64,000 nucleotides of DNA. Source: Octopus vulgaris (lineage: Eukaryota). Within the stretch, counting starts at the first letter, position 1. Each line of letters starts with the position of its first letter. The notes under the pieces were generated by a model. That model was not told the origin of the DNA and did not search any database. It saw only the letters and a program-made list of their open reading frames with translations. Below are positions 54,789-64,000 of this stretch, one piece after another. The stretch is from NCBI GenBank assembly GCA_951406725.2, contig OX597826.1:61442001-61506000 (forward strand). Direction: 5' to 3'. The translations under genes and the position numbers were made by a program.

Positions 54789-54929
54789 TATATATATATA
54801 TATATATATATCAACAATTGAGGGTAAAATTAATTAATTAATCAATTTCACCAAGTGTTCAGTATGTAAAAGGACCATTTAAGGCGAATTCAAAATATTA
54901 CATTATATAATTATATAAATTATATAATG

Positions 54930-54981
<52 letters not shown>

Positions 54982-55085
54982 TATATAAATATATGTGTGT
55001 AAATATATATATAAATATATATATATATATAAGATATATATGTGTAAATATATATATAAATATATATATAAAAAATATAAAATAT

Positions 55086-55136
<51 letters not shown>

Positions 55137-55170
55137 ATGTATAAATATGTGGCAATTATTTAGTAGACAT

Positions 55171-55231
55171 GATAAAACTCCGAGTTTCGAATGTTGGGGC
55201 GGAAATCCACGCCGGCATCTCATCAGTTATC
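55171..55231 (-). ncRNA. Type I hammerhead motif with canonical core
   Basis: GATAA-CTGATGA-GATG...CATTC-GAAA-CTCGGAG-TT-TTATC. Confidence 0.72.
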
Positions 55232-55869
55232 GGGTCATCGAGCAAAATGCTATGACAATGACCGTTAAACAAAAGGAAATTACTGTGTGAAAAACCGTTA
55301 AGACAAAAGAGCTATTAGAATAACCGCTAATTAAGGGGAGGGAGTAAAGGTAAGAGAGTAAAAATATTCATAGTAATCGCGTAAGCGCGCATGTCCATAC
55401 ATACACATGCGCGCCCGCACACCTACGTACATGTACCTATATGTATATACTCATTCACCCTCACTTGAAGCACACACATTCACCAAAAAATGTATACATA
55501 TCCGCATACACGCTCGCACGCACACACGCGCGCACAAAAAGGTTCATACACACATCTATACATGCACATGCACAAGAAAAAACAGGGCTAAAGGCAAAAA
55601 TGCAGAAAAGAGTGTAAAAAATAAGCAATAAGTGTAAAACACGTCTATATACGCATATACTCGCATGCACGCACACACGTCTATATACACACAAACCCAC
55701 GCACGTCTATATACGCACATGTACATACGCATGCATACACACACACAGACACGTCTACACACTTACCTAAATACTCATATACATACATAAATACATACGT
55801 ACATACATATATAAATACATACGCACATACATGTATGCATGCATACATATGTACATACATGCATGCATG

Positions 55870-56880
55870 GAATTAAGCGTTCCAAGAAATTAGATATAAA
55901 GACACTAAGGACAACAGAACATAACACCACACCTCATCTCAAAACACTCTTTCTACCAGACACTATTGTACAAATCCTTTTTGCCAATGAGGCATGCAAT
56001 TCTTCCTTTACTATCTTGAAACCCAAAGATGAACAACATCCTGAAAGCACATAAATTCATCAAATGCAAAAAGCAACACAAATCGCTAAAGAGACTTCTA
56101 ACAAATGCAAAGCTTTACACAACAACCACGAAACCAACGGTTAAAATATGTGGACGCCCAAACCGTGAAACATGCCCCAACCTACTTCAAGGCTCGGATT
56201 TCCTTTCCATACAAGGAGAGGGGTTCACAATTAAAAGCAACTTCACTTGTGCCTCTGAGAATCTAATTTATGTAATAACCTGCTCGGGTTGTGGACATAA
56301 CTATATAGGACAGACGAGTATGGCATTGAGACGGAGAACCCATCTGCATAAAGAGCAGATCCTTTAAGTGAACACATAGAGAGATGTGCAGGTAACAATT
56401 TCAAATTTTTTCCCTTCTACCAGTGCAAAGTTACCATCTCTATACAAAAGCGTTTAAATAAAGTAAAACTTATCGAAAAATACAGAGCACGTCTAAAAAT
56501 GCACGCATAACCAACGTTGATCTTTATACACATTTTAATTCACGATTGTATACCCATCACTGTACATATTTTCCCCACTACTCTAGCTATATATATATTT
56601 TTCCTCCCCACCGAAAGATGAAAATTATCCCCCCTGTCCACAAGAATAACGATCACCAATTATTTTCCCTTAGATTTTTCTACTTGTTGAATCATTTATT
56701 CATAAATACAACATACAAGGACAAAAAATTTTTCTTAAGAAATTCATAATTAAAATAATTTTAACGCCATGATTAGCGAAAGCGAAACCGGTCGACAGAC
56801 ACAATATAAAATATATTAAAAAATATATTAGAACTATGTAAAGCGTGTGCATTTACCTTCTTTAATTTCTTATATATATC
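55870..56880 (+). mobile_element. Penelope-like 3' fragment (GIY-YIG)
   Basis: ORF 56029-56367: NFTCASENLIYVITCSGCGHNYIGQT..RTHLH. Confidence 0.85.
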
Positions 56881-57044
56881 TATTATATAGCTGAATTTTC
56901 CTTATATGAATACATACACAGAGACATATGTATATTAAATGATTCTTTAGACACATGGGAATCACAATTGAAGGCAAAGTGCTCAATAATATCTGGAAGA
57001 ATGTAGATACATGCTCGTTTAAATGATATCTGATACATGGCTAG

Positions 57045-58110
57045 TTATACAAGGTGCATTAAGTTAGTCTTCAGACTTTGTTAATTACAAAGAAGTACAA
57101 AACTGTAATCTCCTTCAAAGTAAGATCATCTGACCTCAGTGCTCTAGAAGTACTCCACCCACTTCGTTAAGGATCCATAGAATTCCTCCAAAGTGAAGAT
57201 GTCGAGGGCCCGTGTCACAACCTCCTTCATCTTCAAAACGACTGACACCGAGGTTCGCGTTCAGCTTGGTAAATAAACAAAAGTCGCAGGGAACAAGGTA
57301 TAGATTGTAGGTAAGGTGAGGGATAATTTTGATGCCCATTTCTTTCGAGTAGTTGGCTACCAGGATGTCCAGCACTGAAATACTGAGAACAAACTTCGAA
57401 CAAATTTTGAGTATGTTCAGATCTTCATGTTCAGCTCTTTAGCACAGAGTTGCCACACCAACTCCAGGCTGAATGCTTATAGTCTTGATAGACACAGGAT
57501 GTTCTTCATCCAGAAAAATTGCAAATCTCCTCCATCATATCTGATGTTCTGAAATCCCTCTTCCTCCCACACCACTTATTGTCTCTCACCTCCTCTCTAC
57601 CGCGATCGATCCTCTTATACAAACAAAATGTTAATCTATAAGGAGGCTTGAGCACTTCATAAGTTTATTTTTATAAGGTAGCGAGCTGGCAGAATCGTTA
57701 GCACGCCGAGCGAAATGCTTAGCGGTATTACGTCTGCCGCTACGTTCTGAGTTCAAATTCCAGCGAGGTCGACTTTGCCTTACATCCTTTCGGTGTCGAT
57801 TAAATAAGTACCTATTTCTTTACTACCCACAAGGGGCTAAACACAGAAGGGACAAACAAGGACAGACAAACGGATTAAGTCGATCATATCGATCCCAGTG
57901 CGTAACTGGTACTTATTTAATCGACCAGTTACTCACTGGGGTTGATATAATCGACTTAATCCGTTTGTCTGTCCTTGTTTGTCCCCTCTGTGTGTAGCCC
58001 CTTGTTGGCAGTAAAGAAATAAGTTTCTTTTGCATTTTTCTCAGTGCAACGCAAAACCTTACTGCATAGCCAGTTTCCAAACGTCCCAAAAGCAAACTAA
58101 TCACTGTAAA
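57045..58110 (-). mobile_element. Degraded mariner remnant interrupted by a SINE
   Basis: IIPHLTYNLYLVPCDFCLFTKL (degenerate HPPYSPDLAPCDF) and an N-terminal YAVRFCVAL segment. Confidence 0.6.
57676..58022 (+). mobile_element. SINE containing an inverted copy of its own 3' end
   Basis: Head GCGAGCTGGCAGAATCGTTAGCA..GAGTTCAAATTCC; 57812-57923 is antisense to 57925-58022. Confidence 0.8.
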
Positions 58111-58489
58111 CTAGTCAGATGTGATATGCAGTGCTTAGTAAGGTGTGTTCAAGGTGCTGTTGGAGCTGTTACCTCCAGTCTGGAGTAACAGCATTTGGTA
58201 GGTCAGCTTATTATATGTGTAGTTATGATATATTTAAATTACAATAAAGTCTGGAATGCACATCGTACCTCTTTCGAATCTCGAAATAATTTCCTTTCAT
58301 TCTGCACTGAAAAGTTTCCGACGCAACTCCCCAACACTACAACTAATTCATCCCCACTCCACCGTCTTATTTCCCCTTCCTTCACTTTTCCTTTTTTTAT
58401 TCTATCCATCTAAAAGTCAACTTATTCCTTCACTATCCTTCTTTTATTTCCCCCTTGCCCTTCTTTTCCCCTTGCCCCTCTGATATACA

Positions 58490-59690
58490 TCAGAGATTCA
58501 GCAACACCAACAAGCATACATGAATGGAAATAGAGCACTCAAACATGTCTGGAACTCTTTCTCTGCTGGATTTCCAAGTCATGATCGCAGAGAAGGGCTC
58601 CATCTATACTATCTTTCTAATGAAAATAGCCAGTAGGAACCTATTCAAGCACTACGAATCAGCCCTGCTCACCAGAGCCCAATCCGTATGCGTACAAAAT
58701 GAAACCACACGCATAAGCAGTGATGCAGTGACACAGCTGGCAAAACTTCCAACACCAAACTGTCCCTCAAGAACTTAATACATAGCGTAGCGTCTGCCCC
58801 CCTTCCTCCATCAGCTTTAACCAAACGACCGCTTCTAAAAATTACCAAAGTGAGTAAACCACATAAAGGTCCATGATCTCAATTCTGAAATGTATTTTCT
58901 TAAACTTCCTTATTTTGGCGGCATATACGAACAGAGCCCTGGTCTGCTGATGGGATCTAACCCCTCAGCACTGATGGTCAACACACACATGGACTAGCTG
59001 GAGACACCTGCCTCATGCGTCTTTTTCTCGGTATACGTTGATGATATTCTGAAGCCCCAGAAGGAAGAAATCGGCTATACAATATGCGATCGGCAGGGAA
59101 AGCCTCAATATACAGGAGCACAGAAGCCCATTCCTGAGAAGGTTTCTGTCTAGGAATAATACCATAGATAATATTAACCAATTGCCCCAACAATAACTTC
59201 AAAACTTGCTCGAGGGCCTATGTGGTATACGAAGTATTCTGAAATACATGTGGGGCATTCTACATTGACAGCACAAGCGAATAAAAGAAAATATACGGAC
59301 AGACACTTCAATCGCAATACACCAAATGATGTGCCAGACCCAGGATTTCAATGTCTCCACCACAGCCACTCAACGCAGCAGAAGCAGTCTAAAAATTATG
59401 GAGGCCCTCATTTTCAACGAACTGAGACCAGCCATAAAACGGGAAGGTACTGCACGAAGCAGACTAGTTACCATAGCACACCAGTGCATGTTAACTTCCT
59501 CCCGTCTTCTTTCACTCTCCTTCATCTCCAGGCATCTGATCAACGATCTTTCCATCCCTGTTCTGAAGAAGTGGTTATAAGCTCTGAATATAGAAATATA
59601 AGATAAAACTATAACTTTGTTTTTTTTATGTTTCTTTTTGTAGTTTAGTTTATATCTTCTGGCATTGTTCCAGCGTTACCCAACAAATTG
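58490..59690 (+). mobile_element. Highly degraded Penelope-like element
   Basis: LSLLDF thumb remnant and LKIMEALIFNELRPAI GIY-YIG C-terminus. Confidence 0.6.
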
Positions 59691-59801
59691 CTGTATATGT
59701 ATGTATGGTTGAAATTTACAGAAAAACAAAAGACGGAGGCAGGTGTATAAACAAGTATGTATGTACGTATATACATATAATTACACATGTGTGTATGTAT
59801 G

Positions 59802-61175
<1,374 letters not shown>

Positions 61176-61196
61176 TATGATATAATATATATATAT

Positions 61197-61260
<64 letters not shown>

Positions 61261-61799
61261 GACATAGATAGATTGAAACGTGCATGCACACATTTGTTTA
61301 AGTATGCACTTCCAGAAAAAGCTTTCGTCAATACTATACACTTGTGGTAAGTGAACTCATCCCGGATAAAAAATATCAAGTGCTTTAGGATAATTTGTGG
61401 TAGCTTTTATGCCATGATTCACTGTTTTACCAGTCATTTTAACGCTGTGCAAAGTGAAGCGACCAACCTGTCAAAGTGGCATTTATTGCTCTTTTCACCT
61501 CTTGCAAATCGTCATATACACCATTAGCTTTTGGTTGAATGAACATCGTAGTTGTCATATTCTCACAATAAACATTGCAATAGGGTTTAAATTTTTTGCC
61601 TTTGTCAGACCTTTGTATAGAACAACAATTTTAAGTTAAAATAGTATTGCGTCTTCTTTCTTTTTCATTACTACATGATGTCAAAAAGGCTGAAGGTATG
61701 CCATGCGATAAGAAGTACTGTAATTTAGTAGCTAGATCCGAGTCAGTTAAGTTGTTGCGGCCACAAACAACGTGGTCTGGTAGTTGAAAACAATTACAT

Positions 61800-62150
61800 A
61801 GAGGTACAGAGTAAGAGGAAGAAGAAGGTAAGAAGAGGGAGACCGTAAGAGGAGGGAGAAGGTAAGAGAAGTGAGAGGGTAAGAGGAAGGAAAAGGTAAG
61901 AGGAGGGAGTGAGAAAATAAGAGGAGGGAGAGAGTAAGAAAATAAGAGGAGGGAGAGAGTAAGAAGAGGGAGAGCATGAGTAAAGGGAGGGAGTAAGATG
62001 ATTTAGAGCGCAGGAGGAGGGAAAGAGTAAGAGGAGTGATAGGTAGGAGAGGCAGAGGATTAGTAATAGGAGTGTAAGTGTAAGAAGAGTGAGAGGGTGA
62101 GTGGAGAGAGAGGATAAGGAAAGGAGGAGTTTAAAAGTAAGAGAGTGGAG
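61800..62150. repeat. Purine-rich low-complexity tract (AAGAGGAGGGAG-like)
   Basis: Direct inspection. Confidence 0.8.
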
Positions 62151-62921
62151 ATGTGTATCCTAAGGCTTCCATTCATGCAAATAAAGGTATGGTCACTGAT
62201 ACTTTTTCAAGAAGAACGAAGGCTATGGACTGAGCCACTCCTTTCTAACTAAAATTGCTTTTGATACAGCCACATCTGACGGACCATCCAGTGCTGTGGA
62301 CATAAGCACTCTTCGATATTTACACATGCCATTGATGTAATAAAATCTACAAAGGTTAGGATGAGCACAAGGGTTTCTTCTAAACTTCTAAAAAGACATT
62401 TCAAATTCTTGCAGATCGACGAAGGCTATAGAAACTGCAACATGTTCCGAACTTAGAAAACACCAAGTCGCAGCCACTCTTTCCAGAAATGCGAAAGCTA
62501 TGGAGACAACAACTCCTTTCTGAACAAACGATTAAACAGAAACCACGACAACAACAACAAAACAAAAACAACAACAAAAACAAACAAACAATAACTGTAA
62601 TATTTATGACATTTATTTTCTTATAACAAATCAGGATCTCTTTTGAGGAGAAGAATTACTGTATACTTTTGGTGGGCTGGGTAAGAATAAAAAGGATTGT
62701 AGGTGATTATATAAATCTAGTTATTGATTAGTATGTTAAGGATCTTCGGAAATATTGAATGCAAAGTCTATTTAAAAGGCAAGCAAGCAATTTATCTAAC
62801 TCAGCACATGATTATTACTTTAATAACAATAATAATGATAGTAAATAGTTTCTGATTTAGGTACGAAACTATAAACTTTGTGGAAATGGGGTTAATCGAT
62901 GAATAAGTAATTGAAATTTAT

Positions 62922-63123
62922 TTAGCTAACAATAAGAAGTAAGATGAGAAACACCAAGGAAAGGAAGGAGATATTTGGAAGTGGTTTTATACCAGATGAA
63001 TCAATTTTGTTGATTGATCTACATGTGTCAGACATCATATCATAGCCGTATTCTTGAAGTACTTTAGTAAACTCTTTGGAGCACTTAAAGTCGGCCAGCT
63101 TTTCAATTCCCTCTTTCAAAAGT
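62922..63123 (-). CDS. Terminal exon of upstream paralog (gene C) with GPI-anchor-type C-terminus
   Basis: poly-T + gcag acceptor, phase 2. Encodes LLKEGIEKLADFKCSKEFTKVLQEYGYDMMSDTCRSINKIDSSGIKPLPNISFLSLVFLILLLIVS*. Intron 63140-63665 is homologous to 4420-4990. Confidence 0.87.
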
Positions 63124-63719
63124 CTGCAAAAAAAAAAAAAAAAAAAAATTAACATCTTGATGTACCAAATCTCGAAGTGATACAAAAAATAACGACAACA
63201 ATATGTAATTAAGTACAACTTGAAACGAGAGACTGAGCAATGTATATTTAATGTTTAAAATACGCATTTCTATAAAAGAATTATAAAATTTTCAGTTTAT
63301 TCTTCAGATATCACTTCTAGTTGTCAGTTCATTAAATATATCACAACATTGATATATTCTGTCAGATATTCAACAAAACGTGTGGAATTCATTAGAAAGT
63401 ACAGGTTGTGAGGAATGTTTGAAGACATATTTGGTAAATTAATAACGCAACACGAGTCTGTCAAAAACGTAACTGTGTATTTTTTCGATAAACTTTTATA
63501 AGAATTTTCTATGAATCCATTTTCAGCTTCTATGTTTGCTTCAATGCGAGATAAGAATCATTGATTTGTCTGTAATAAATAGTTGATTGACAATGGTCGC
63601 TTTCAGTGAAGCTGTGGTATTGTAAAAATGTCGAATTGTCTACCTTTCTACAATACTCTAAATGTTGTGATCTCTGGGAATAAAATTGACTTTGAACTCT
63701 GCTGTGCACTAAGTTTTAA

Positions 63720-64000
63720 CGTTCTAGCTCACTTCCGCTGTTTACAGCAGAGGTTGGAAGAAAGGTGAATCGCGTGTGATCGTTGCATTGACCATGATAT
63801 AGAAAGCTGTCATGGTGATACCTGCTCAGAGGCCTATGCAAAGTTGCAGAGAGTGTATTAGCTAATACCCAGAAGGGCTCGATGTGAATCACGACTATAA
63901 GATACCCGCTTTTGGTTAAACTGCACCGCAAAATGTGGGAGTAGTTAGGAATCTAAATCGGAGGAGACAGACTCTCACACGCACAACTTCAGTTATATAT
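63720..64000 (-). mobile_element. Possible Helitron-type 5' end
   Basis: Minus strand TATATAACTGAAGTTGTGCGTGTG..GTCTGTCT resembles the Helitron-like starts at ~13115 and ~21987; no clear 3' hairpin. Confidence 0.35.

Noticed and set aside
62160-62520. Higher-complexity segment downstream of paralog C
   Set aside because: No convincing splice sites or recognisable motif; may be 3' UTR or a TE fragment.

Overview
Repeat-dense eukaryotic genomic DNA, AT-rich with many (TA)n tracts. The repeat families look like an octopod cephalopod genome (Octopus sp.; inference from SINE/LINE/Penelope types). Most of the window is transposon-derived: an RTE LINE with a PHD-type finger, a CR1/L2-group LINE, at least 8 Penelope-like fragments with hammerhead motifs, mariner/Tc1/maT DNA transposons, MITEs, Helitron-type ends, Gypsy gag, L1/Tx1-like ORF1 relics and tRNA-derived SINEs. 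Hidden among these, and not visible as a single ORF, is a minus-strand tandem cluster of a cysteine-patterned secreted/GPI-anchored protein family. One complete 5-exon gene (33651->4202, 230 aa) was assembled by hand with canonical GT-AG sites and matching phases, and has a CCAAT/TATA promoter. The last exon of an upstream paralog (63123->62922) has an intact GPI-type tail. An orphan exon-2 paralog (3021->2880) has no exon 1 of its own. The middle gene's GPI tail is frameshifted and the downstream copy's signal peptide is eroded. A phase-compatible internal donor could splice the two into one tandem-domain protein; this is the top hypothesis to test.
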